A DNA stretch of 63,976 bases, counting the filler, from Chrysochromulina tobinii (Eukaryota), in the NCBI GenBank assembly GCA_001275005.1. It is 6 parts of 6 records of this genome, joined end to end, with 100 filler letters (N's around TTAATTAATTAA, not from the genome) between each part and the next. Parts side by side here need not be neighbours in the genome. Positions count along the whole stretch, not along the records: positions 32,631 to 53,744 come from JWZX01000910.1; 5 more parts are not named here. One strand, given 5' to 3'. Positions 41,582-50,577 of the stretch are shown piece by piece (position 1 is the first letter of the stretch; each line of letters starts with the position of its first letter). The notes below the pieces were generated by a model, which did no database searches, was not told the DNA's origin, and worked only from the letters and a program-made list of their open reading frames with translations. The position numbers and the translations under genes are program-made.

Positions 41582-44500
41582 ATGTCGGACTCCCCTTCGA
41601 CTGCTGCGGTGCTTGCCTGCGTTCATGGCAACGCCGAGGTACTTGGCGGTCTGGTGAGCTCCCGTGCCATCGATCCAGACGGCGCTGACCCTGCGAGCGG
41701 CAAGCGGTACTTGGTTGTGGCGGCGCAGCACGGCCATACCACGTGTGTCCGTGGCCTGCTCCAGAGCAAGGCAAGCCCTGATACACACGATTCGCAAGGA
41801 GATACGCCGCTCTGCGTGGCCGCCTACTGGGGCCACGCAGACGTGCTGGACGTGCTCCTAGAGCATGGTGCCAATCCCAACGTGCGGACCCAGAACGGCG
41901 AGGCTGCTCTGCACCGGGCAGCCTACACGGGCTCCGCAGCTTGCTGCCGCATGCTGTTGGCAGCTTCGGCGGACATCACCGCGCGCGATGCCGAGGGCAC
42001 GGCGCTCGAGATGGCCACACGCCACGGGCACGACAGCTGTGCGGCCTTGCTCACCGCAGCCTGGATGCCTGATGCGCCCGTGACGCTCACCTTCGAGAAC
42101 CGCTCGCCATGGCCCTTGGTGCTGTGCTACCTGCTCCCCACCCCTGGGCTACCCGTCGGTCAAGCGTATACCCGCCCCCCCGAGCAGCGGACGGTGAGGC
42201 TCCCCTCCGGCGCCAAAAGGGTCTGCTCGACATTCGCAGGGCACGAGTGGTACCTTCGGTCTGAGAGTGATGGCACGCTGCTCGACACGCACATGGTGCG
42301 GAGCCCCGGCGGCGCGCATCAACAGCATTGCATCTTCCCAAGCCTCGGGTGGGAATGGGAGGACGGGTCGCCTCAGAGCGGTCAGTGGCGCCAGTACGAT
42401 CCCGAGCTGCTCCTGCGCCTCTTGCACGCGCATGCATCGGGCCACTCCATGCTCACTGTGCACGATCCTCCACGGGGGATCGACTACGAGATCAATCTGA
42501 CGGATCGCACGCAGCGCAATACGCGCACGGGCTTCGTCCGGCGGCTGCGCGAAGTCCCGCCGCCGCCGCCACCGCCACCATCCGCCGCCGTACTCCTCGC
42601 CCCCGGCGCGCCACTCGCGCAACTCCGTGCCTTTCCTGGGGACTTACTTGCGCCTCCGCCGTACTGGAGCCAACCCGACAGCCAGGACGGTGCTGGCAGC
42701 AGCAGCAGCAGCTCCCCCCCCGTGGTGCAGCGGCTCACTTCGTGGGGGCTCCAGCGAGAGCTGCGTCCAGAGTCACCCGTCTTTCAAGAAGTACTCCAGA
42801 TGCTTTGCGACTCCGGGACGGATCTGGCCTCGCTTCGCCTCTCGGCTATCTACTGCGTCGAGAACCGGGACTTCTTCCGCGAGTACCAGGCGCGTCGGAC
42901 GACGATGCTAACCCGCCTCGGCCTTCCGCGACTGAACGAGCGCTGGCTGTGGCACGGCACGGACGAGAAGTCAATCCCGCTCATCCTTGCCAATGGATTC
43001 TTGCGTGACTTCAACACGCGCGGCGCGCATGGAAAGGGCGTGTACTTTGCCCGGCAGGCGGCGTACTCACTCTCGCCCAGCTACTCGAAGATCGACCCCA
43101 ACACCGGCGAACACTGCCTCCTCCTGTGCCGCGTGCTCGTGGGCGAGGCATGCGAAGGCAGGTCAGGGATGGAGCGGCCCACACAGAAGCCAAACAGTAG
43201 CGCGTTGCACGAGAGCATGGTCGACCGGCTACCTGTAGAGCAGAGCCAGATCGTCGTCCTCTCCGCAGGCAGCGACAAGCAGGCCTACCCCGAGTTTGTC
43301 CTCAAGTTCCAGAGCAGAGATGAAGGTGGCGCGTTTGGCGGCCGTCGCGGTGGCGGCCTATTTGGCGGCGGCTCTCCCTTTGGCGGGGTTGGAGGCAACG
43401 GTGGTGGAGGCGGCGGTGGCGGCGGCGGTCCCGGCGGCAGCGTATTTGGCAACGGCGGCCCCGGCTCTGCGTTCGGCTTTACGCCAGCGCCGGCAGCAAC
43501 CGTCGGCGGCTTTACCTTTGGCCCGAGCGCCGTGCAAGCCGCCGGAGCGCACGCAGCTTTACCTTTCGGAGCAGCCTCCCCCCTCGCCACCGCTGCTCCA
43601 GCAGCGCCCGCCTTCGGCGGCTTCGCCGATGCTCCAGCAGCCCTCCTCGCGGAGTGGGAGGGCTCGAAAGGCATTACGCTGCAGGACGAGACGCGCTCGA
43701 AGACGCATGCAAAGCTACAGTCGCAACTGGCCAAGATGCTTGTGAGGCAGGTCGTGTGCGTGCATTTCTTCGTTTGGGAGCGCGCCGAATTGGTGCTTCG
43801 CGAACTGGCCAGTGCATCGCAAACTGGCCCCGAGGGGGAGCGTGCCGTGTGTGCCACCATCGCCACGCAGGTGATCGATACCTGCGCGACGATGGTAGAC
43901 AAGCAGCCGGGGATGGCGTACGCGCTGTCGGGCTTCGTGCTGCACGTGGGCGAGAGGTGCCCGGTGCTTTGGGAGTGCCTTCTCGCGCGCCTGCAGGCCT
44001 CGTGCTGCTACTGCGTCCCATACTACCCGGAAAAAACGACCGGCAACACGGACGAGTTTAAGAAGCGCCTTGGCTACACGCAGGGTGAGACCAAGAAGGA
44101 CTTTTACGCGCGCATGGCGGGGTACGTGACGCTGTACGCCGCGCTGCTTCAGCAGTCGTCGATTGCCCAATTCCCGCCGCAGTCGGCCGGAAACGCGCTT
44201 TTCGATAGGACCAGACCAGACGCAAAGATGCAGACGCGTCCAGTGCAAGGGGGCTTTGCACCCAAGGGGGTTTCGCCCATGGCGCGCGCATGGGCGTGGC
44301 TCGCCCGGCTGCTCAACCATCCGCCGGGGAACATCACCGCGACCATCCTACTTGCGTTCCTCAAGCCGTGCGCGCGCGCGCTTTCACGCGCTTACCCCAC
44401 GCAATTCTCGAAGCTTTTGAGCTTCCTCCAAACGACTTACTTAGCCAAAATCCGCGGCATGGTCGCTGGGCAAGGCAACCCGGCCGAGGAGGAAGCAGCC

Positions 44501-44641
44501 CGCGTGAACCTCGTGTCGTGGCTCACAGACACGAACGCCCTGCTTGCAAAAGGGGGCCGTGTCCCCGAGCCGAAAGAAGCTGATATGCCAGAGTACAAGC
44601 CGCCCGACGACCTGAGCGACACCAAGGGGACTTTTGATTAA
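41582..44641 (+). CDS. Ankyrin - VHL-beta - WWE - PARP - FG repeats - Gle1-like domain, copy 2
   Basis: Same N-terminal domains as copy 1; FG motifs (GAFG, GLFG, SPFG, SVFG, SAFG, FTFG, LPFG, PAFG); C-terminal LLARLQASCCYCVPYY, KRLGY, FYARMAGYVTLYAALLQ, AWAWLARLLN, ATILLAFLK, QFSKLL match Gle1 C-terminal domain motifs. One uninterrupted ORF. Confidence 0.88.
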   Translation: MSDSPSTAAVLACVHGNAEVLGGLVSSRAIDPDGADPASGKRYLVVAAQHGHTTCVRGLLQSKASPDTHDSQGDTPLCVAAYWGHADVLDVLLEHGANPNVRTQNGEAALHRAAYTGSAACCRMLLAASADITARDAEGTALEMATRHGHDSCAALLTAAWMPDAPVTLTFENRSPWPLVLCYLLPTPGLPVGQAYTRPPEQRTVRLPSGAKRVCSTFAGHEWYLRSESDGTLLDTHMVRSPGGAHQQHCIFPSLGWEWEDGSPQSGQWRQYDPELLLRLLHAHASGHSMLTVHDPPRGIDYEINLTDRTQRNTRTGFVRRLREVPPPPPPPPSAAVLLAPGAPLAQLRAFPGDLLAPPPYWSQPDSQDGAGSSSSSSPPVVQRLTSWGLQRELRPESPVFQEVLQMLCDSGTDLASLRLSAIYCVENRDFFREYQARRTTMLTRLGLPRLNERWLWHGTDEKSIPLILANGFLRDFNTRGAHGKGVYFARQAAYSLSPSYSKIDPNTGEHCLLLCRVLVGEACEGRSGMERPTQKPNSSALHESMVDRLPVEQSQIVVLSAGSDKQAYPEFVLKFQSRDEGGAFGGRRGGGLFGGGSPFGGVGGNGGGGGGGGGGPGGSVFGNGGPGSAFGFTPAPAATVGGFTFGPSAVQAAGAHAALPFGAASPLATAAPAAPAFGGFADAPAALLAEWEGSKGITLQDETRSKTHAKLQSQLAKMLVRQVVCVHFFVWERAELVLRELASASQTGPEGERAVCATIATQVIDTCATMVDKQPGMAYALSGFVLHVGERCPVLWECLLARLQASCCYCVPYYPEKTTGNTDEFKKRLGYTQGETKKDFYARMAGYVTLYAALLQQSSIAQFPPQSAGNALFDRTRPDAKMQTRPVQGGFAPKGVSPMARAWAWLARLLNHPPGNITATILLAFLKPCARALSRAYPTQFSKLLSFLQTTYLAKIRGMVAGQGNPAEEEAARVNLVSWLTDTNALLAKGGRVPEPKEADMPEYKPPDDLSDTKGTFD

Positions 44642-44840
44642 CATCCGTGACCTGGTCGCTGGGCTAGAGGTCGCCGGGCAAGGCAACCCGGCCGAGGAGG
44701 AAGCAGCCCGCGTAACCTTCAAGTCGTGGCTCAAAGACATGAACGACCTGCTTGCAAAAGGGGGCTGTGTCCCCGAGCCGAAAGAGGCTGATATGCCAGA
44801 GTACAAGCCGCCCGACGACCTGAGCGACGTCAAGGGGGCG
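44447..44840 (+). repeat. Tandem duplication of the last ~190 bp of the PARP-Gle1 gene
   Basis: GGGCAAGGCAACCCGGCCGAGGAGGAAGCAGCCCGCG ... GACGACCTGAGCGAC occurs twice; the second copy is out of frame. Confidence 0.92.
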
Positions 44841-45295
44841 CGGGGGGGGGCGAGGGGGGCAACTTTTAATAACGGGGGGGGAGTGGTCGAGAGCTTGTGC
44901 ATGAGGTGTAAGGATATGTACATGGAACTGTACAGCGCTGTGCTGTGTAGCCGGTCAGCCCGCGGTCGCGGGTAGGAGCGTCGAGACGCGCCCGTTGCAT
45001 TACCGTTGCATTAAGAAAGTGCATTAAGTAATTGAAACCGCCGCCACCTCCGCACGCCAACGTGGACGGTCGGACGGCGTCGTCCGTCGAGACGCCGCCC
45101 TTGCCACACCGCGCCGATCGACGAACGATAACGGGGGTTGCGGGCCGGGGGCATGCCTCGAGGCAATTCGTCCTCGGCTCTTGATTTTAGATTTACGCAC
45201 TGGCTGACCGCACCACGCTTCCGTTCTCGCTTAGGGTAAAAAGTGAGGGCATTCGTGGCGTAAAACGGTAAAAGTTCATCCGGACACTCCCTACT

Positions 45296-48200
45296 TCAAG
45301 GGCGGCGCCTCTCGCTGGCTGGCGGCTTGCCGCCGCCGAGCACGTACTCCAGACTCTTGGGCCAGAGGACGCTGCTCACCTGCCAATCAGAGGTCATCGG
45401 GAGGACAATCAGAGGTCATCAGAGGACGCTGCTCACCTGCCGGTCCGAAGGGCCATCAGAGGTCATCAGGAGGACAATCATAGGTCATCAGAGGACGCTG
45501 CTCACCTGCCGGTCCGCGCCCGTGCGCGTCACGTTCATGATCTCGCGCGGATGGAGGAAGAAGTAGCGTGCGCCCATCTGAGCCGCAGGCCGATCGGTTG
45601 GCGGCGGCTCTGATCTCAGACCCTCGAGCATCCTCTCCATCACTCGCATCGCGTGTTGATCCTCTGCCATCAAGCTCTCCATTTGCCATCCACGGCCGCT
45701 GCCGCCGTCGCGCCCGCCGCCGCCCACCGCCCGCCCGCCGGCGCCTTCGCGATGGGAACCGCCGGCTGCACCGGCTCGTCCGTCCGTGTCAGAATCCGAG
45801 GCGCTCACCTGTGGGGAAGAGGGGGGGGTGGCGCCGTGGTGAGCACTGGCATGCAAGGTCGGCTCGCCCCGTCCGTGTCGGGATCCGAGCCCGCAGAGCC
45901 TACCGATGAGTCCGAATCAGAGAGATGTCATCAGGGAGGTCATCAGGGGTCATCAGGGGTCATCAGGCAGAGCCTACCGATGAGTCCGAATCGGAGACGG
46001 AGACGTCGTCGGCGGGATTGCGCTCGTCATCAGAGAGATCCTCGCCATTGCGCGCCGCGGCCATCATCCCACTGCCACCGCCGCCGCCACTCGCGCCACT
46101 GCTGCTTCCGCCGGCGCCGCCCGCTCGCTTCTTCTTGCGCGCCTTGCCGCTGCCCGATCGTCCCTTGGTGCTCGCATGGCTGTACTCGAGAGTCACCAGG
46201 GATCATCAGAGGTCATCATGGGCCATCAGGGGTCATCAGGGATCATCAGGGATGTCATCAGGGAGGTCATCATTGGTCATCAGGGGTCATCATCGGCACT
46301 CACCTCCCTTCGGAGAGAGCGGCGGCAAGTCGATGGAGATCGTCGAGCTCAGCGGTGTCGTCGTCGAAGGCGGAGGCAAGGGCAGTGCCTTCGGCCTTGG
46401 ACGCTGCCGCCGCCGTCAGAAGCGCGGCTTTCCAACCGCCGCCGCCGCTCTTGCCTCCGCCTGCCGCGTCCACTGCCGCCTTCCAGCCTTTTACCGGCAC
46501 GCCCCCAGCGGCCTCGGCAGCGGCATCGGCAGCGGTGTCGGCAGTGTTGCCGCTGACCAGCACGAGCTCCGTATGCGCCAGCGCCGTATCGAGCACCTGC
46601 ATGCAATGAGGGAGGCCATCAGTGGCGATCGGAGGCGTGAGCGTGGGCGCCGTATCGAGCACTTGCATGCAATCAGGAAGGCCATCAGAGGTCATCAGAG
46701 GTCATCAGGGGCGTGAGCGTGGGCGCCGTTCCGAGCACCTTGGCTGCCGCCTTGGCCGCCTCGGCCGCGGCCGCAGTACAGCCGAGAGGCGGGCGGATGA
46801 GAGGAGTATGGCGACGGTGCTGACAGCCCCTGGCGCGCTGATCGGCGGGTGCCTCGAAGCGAGTCGCTGGCTGATGGCAGCAGGGAAAGTGACCTCGCGC
46901 CTCCGCCTTTTCGAAGACTGGCTCGAGGGGGTGGAACGAACACCTACGGGAGGGTGGGGGGAGATCAGAGGTCATCAGGAGGGTAATCAGAGGTCATCAG
47001 GAGGGTAATCAGAGGTCATCAGGAGGGCAATCAGAGGTCATCAGGAGGGCAATCAGAGGTGAACAGGAGGGCAATCAGAGGTCATCAGGAGGGCAATCAG
47101 AGGTCATCAGGAGGGCAATCAGAGGTCATCAGGAGGGCAATCAGAGGTCATCAGGAGAGCAATCAGAGGTCATCAGGAGGGCAATCAGAGGTGAACAGGA
47201 GGGCAATCAGAGGTCATCATCCGGGCTCGAGTGGGCGGGGCGCCGTGACCGGCGCGCCGTGGCGGGCGCGCACATGTCGAGCTCGCACACGGGGAAGGCG
47301 CTGTCACACGTCGAACAGGTAAGGAAGTGGGTGAGTCCCCACAGCCGCCAATAGGCTTCGCGACTGCCGCCCTTTGCCCGTCGGACCGTCGCGACCCACC
47401 GATGCACGTCCCATTGGCGGTTGGGCACATGCTCGGCGATCACGTTGCCACGGAAGTCGAGCAGTGGCGGCGCGCGAGGGCATTGCTCCCAGTTGCGCTG
47501 GGCGGGCGTGAAGATCCGACTGCAGAATGCGCACCTGATGAAGGAGGCAATCAGAGATCCTCAGTGGCACTCAGAGGAGGGATGTGAAGATCCGACTGCA
47601 GAAGGCGCACCTGATGAAAAGCGCACTCAGAGGGCACTCAGGGGGCACTCAGAGGCCCATCTGATCGTAATAAGAAGCCACTCAGAAGCACTCAGAGGGC
47701 ACTCAGAGGCATTCATGAGGGCCGATCGGTAGAGGGTGCGGAGCGGGCACCGGTGCAGCGTGTTCGCCTCATCAGCGAGGTGCGCCTCGAGCTTCCGTGT
47801 GTACAACCTCGACGCGATCTTGTCCTTCTTGTCGCGCAGCCTCTCGATCTCGTCCGCCTCGAGATGAAGCGCAAGCTCGCCGAGCAGATTGTCCGAGACG
47901 CAGCTCAGGTCGATCGGGAGGCGAAGCACTTCAGCGAGGGCTCCGCGGAGGAACTCGATGCAGTGCTTCGTCAGCGGCTTCATCTGTAGGAAATCCGCCG
48001 AGATGAGCACCGAGATCACCGAGCCCGCATCGAGGATGGGCGGCTTGGCCGGCTGATGAATGTACTCCATCAACCATTCGAAGATGTGCACGTCGCAGTG
48101 GACGGAGATGTCGATCTCATCGACGCGCCGATCGTCGCCCAAATATGGAGCAAAGTAGGCCATGTGCTGCGGCAGCAGGAGCGAGCTCGTGCGAGCAATC

Positions 48201-48802
48201 AGAGGTCATCAGAGGGCATCCGGTGCCATCAGGTGCCATCAGGAGTCATCAGGAGTCATCAGGTGTCATCAGAGCTCATCACCTGCAGCACTCAGTGGCC
48301 ATCAGGTGCCATCAGGTGTCATCAGAGCTCATCACCTGCAGCACTCAGTGGCCATCAGGTGTCATCAGAGCTCATCACCTGCAGCACTCAGTGGCCATCA
48401 GGTGCCATCAGGTGTCATCAGAGCTCATCACCTGCAGCACTCAGTGGCCATCAGGTGTCATCAGAGCTCATCACCTGCAGCAGGAGCTCGCGCGAGCAAT
48501 AGAAATCTCGATTGATCCTTCGGTTATCGTCGCACACATGGATCACGATCACGTCGTCCTTCCGATGGTCATTCCGATCGGAGGGGGCGCTCAGTCGAGC
48601 GCCGTCGTGGGCGCGCGCGCCGGCAGCGATGGTGGGGCTGCGTGGCTGGGAAGGACCCGAGGCGGCGCCCGAGACGGCGCCCGTGACGGTGCCTGCCGAC
48701 GGCGTCACGCTCGATCGCACGGCGCTGCCACCGCACGCCGTTGCCATGCCACAGCTGCCGACGCCGCCAACGCCCCCAATGCTGCCGCCGCCTCCGCCGC
48801 CT

Positions 48803-48837
<35 letters not shown>

Positions 48838-48932
48838 CGCATCATACTCGATGGCAGCCGCACTGCACTCCGGCACATACGTCCGTGGCGCCGTGCCGGG
48901 CACCGTGCCGTTCGCGTCGTCATCGCCGCCGC

Positions 48933-48963
<31 letters not shown>

Positions 48964-49542
48964 GCCCGCATCATCACCGTCGCGGCTGAGCGTGGCACGG
49001 AGGGTAGGCCTGCTCGTGGGCGCCGCGGCTCCTGGTTGCTGTGCAGAAGGCCCCGGCGCTGTCGCTGGCGGCGCGCTCGCCGCACGTGGAGCGCCCGGGC
49101 CAGCGCCCGGCGCCATCGTGGGCACTGGCGCCACCACGGACGGCGCTGTCGCGGGCGGCGCGCTCGCTCGGGGTGGAGCTTCCGGGGCTCCGATGCTGGC
49201 GGTGTCGCGGGCGCCGCCTTGCCGCCCCGCTGCCGCTGCCGCTGCAAAGCCAGCGAGGATGGCCGCCGGATTCGCGCCGCCGTTTGGGATGCCCATATTT
49301 GGGATGCCGTTCGGCATGCCCATAGTTGGGATGGTCGAGCTTCCGGCATGGGAGCGCGCCTGTCGAGCTTCCGGCATGGTTGACTTGTTGCCTGCGATGT
49401 ACAGTGAGGCGGTGGCGTCAGCGCGCGCAGACGGCGGGCCGGGCTGCGCCGGCGGCGGGCGCGCCGCAGCCGCCGTCCAGGTGGACGGGCCGCCCTCGAC
49501 GCGTCGAGACGGCCCGGCCGAGGACGCTCGCGTCGGGCGCAT
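45296..49542 (-). CDS. SANBR: SANBR/KIAA1841-like (DUF3342) BTB-fold protein, 8 exons
   Basis: IVIHVCDD...RDFYCSRELLL|QHMAYF, IDISVHCDVHIFEWLMEY, ISVLISADFLQM, CSFHP, GHFPCC. Introns at 48474-48167, 47750-47535, 47273-46944, 46738-46597, 46303-46180, 45977-45809 and 45505-45380 are all GT-AG and keep the frame to TGA at 45296. Confidence 0.85.
46964..47220. repeat. Intronic 23-bp minisatellite (ATCAGAGGTCATCAGGAGGGCA-like)
   Basis: About 11 head-to-tail copies with no spacers. Confidence 0.93.
48167..48474 (-). other. Intron built from four donor-containing repeats plus a copy of the upstream exon end
   Basis: CTGCAG|GTGATGAGCTCTGATGACACCTGATGG occurs 4 times; the acceptor region copies the exon 1 end. 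Confidence 0.85.
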
Positions 49543-49746
49543 GGCTCCCGCTGCGCAGGCTTCGGTGTTGTAATGTATGAATACGGGCAGCGCTCACCTT
49601 TCACCAAGTGTGAAGACAAAGAAAAGGATTTCCATGAATTCGTTTCTTGGGAACAGATCATAGCGACTTATCACAATCAAGGTGGCGACCGTAAGACGCT
49701 TCGTCGATTCAAGAAAACTAGGATCCCGACAGGGGAGGATCCCGAT

Positions 49747-50526
49747 ATGCTCGTGCTCGTGTCGCCGCTGTTGCTCGCGCTCCTACGGGAGGCTGCGGGC
49801 GTGCCGTTGCGCGTTCGAGTGCAGTCCCCGACCATGAAGCTTCCGAGCTCAGTCGCTGCAGTCGTGCCCGAGGCCGTGCGTGACCTACCGGTGACTGAGG
49901 CCAATTGGAAGGCGGTTCGCAGCTGCTTTCCCACAGAGGAGGCTGCAGCGAATGCCGTGAAGCTCAACAATGCAATTTTGCTGCCGTACGGCTTCGACGC
50001 ATCCAACCGCGCCGCAAACATAGCGGGCAGCTACAAGGTGCTGCGGGAACTGCTTCAGGACGAGGGCGAGGTCCTCGAGATCATCACGAAGAATCCTGGC
50101 GTGCTCGGGTGCGTGCCTGCGGAGCTGGCCAAATCCGACGCGAACACCATCCGCATGGCAGCGGGCTTCGTCTCGGGCGTCGATTCCGTGCTGGGGCCAG
50201 CAAAGAGCTTCCTGACCGGCCTTGGTTGGTGGGACGAGAAGACCAAGGGCGTGCTCGTCGACGGTCAGCTGCGCGCGGTGGACACGAGCGCGGGAGCCGA
50301 GGAGAGCTCGCTCGCCGAGCTCGAGCTCGAAGAGATCGAGCTCGAAGGAGAGACCTTCCTCTTCGATGCGAATGGCCTGTACAATGGCGAGAAGAACTTG
50401 CTTTTGGCGCAGCGCGGTGAGGAGTGGGACGCAGATCTTGCAAAGGCGCGCCCGGTGTGGGTGCCGTTCGGCACCTGGGATCCCGAGACGCAGTTCTTGG
50501 AAGAGTATGAGGAGGTGGATGAATGA
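49747..50526 (+). CDS. Conserved algal hypothetical protein, probably plastid-targeted
   Basis: Signal peptide MLVLVSPLLLALL followed by a transit-like RVRVQSPTM; KNPGVLGCVP motif; acidic tail. Confidence 0.7.
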   Translation: MLVLVSPLLLALLREAAGVPLRVRVQSPTMKLPSSVAAVVPEAVRDLPVTEANWKAVRSCFPTEEAAANAVKLNNAILLPYGFDASNRAANIAGSYKVLRELLQDEGEVLEIITKNPGVLGCVPAELAKSDANTIRMAAGFVSGVDSVLGPAKSFLTGLGWWDEKTKGVLVDGQLRAVDTSAGAEESSLAELELEEIELEGETFLFDANGLYNGEKNLLLAQRGEEWDADLAKARPVWVPFGTWDPETQFLEEYEEVDE

Positions 50527-50577
50527 AAAAACGTCGTCTATCCTACGCGTCGTCTCGAGCTTTTTGGTACTTTCCGA

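Larger units (their letters stand above)
34362..43315 (+). repeat. Recent direct segmental duplication (~34362-36310 and ~41286-43315)
   Basis: Near-identical coding sequence offset by about 7.0 kb; shared upstream block GTCGCAGACATTAAGGCCAGGGCGATACCG at 34362 and 41286. Confidence 0.95.

Noticed and set aside
34578..43315. The two PARP copies as an uncollapsed-haplotype artefact
   Set aside because: Same contig, different tails, two unrelated genes between them and block-wise differences; long-read confirmation is still desirable.
46964..47220. CRISPR-like array
   Set aside because: Head-to-tail 23-mers with no unique spacers, inside an intron, no cas genes, eukaryotic context.
48145..49573. 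412-aa and 353-aa plus-strand ORFs
   Set aside because: Shadows of SANBR exon 1 and its repeat intron; no domain signal.
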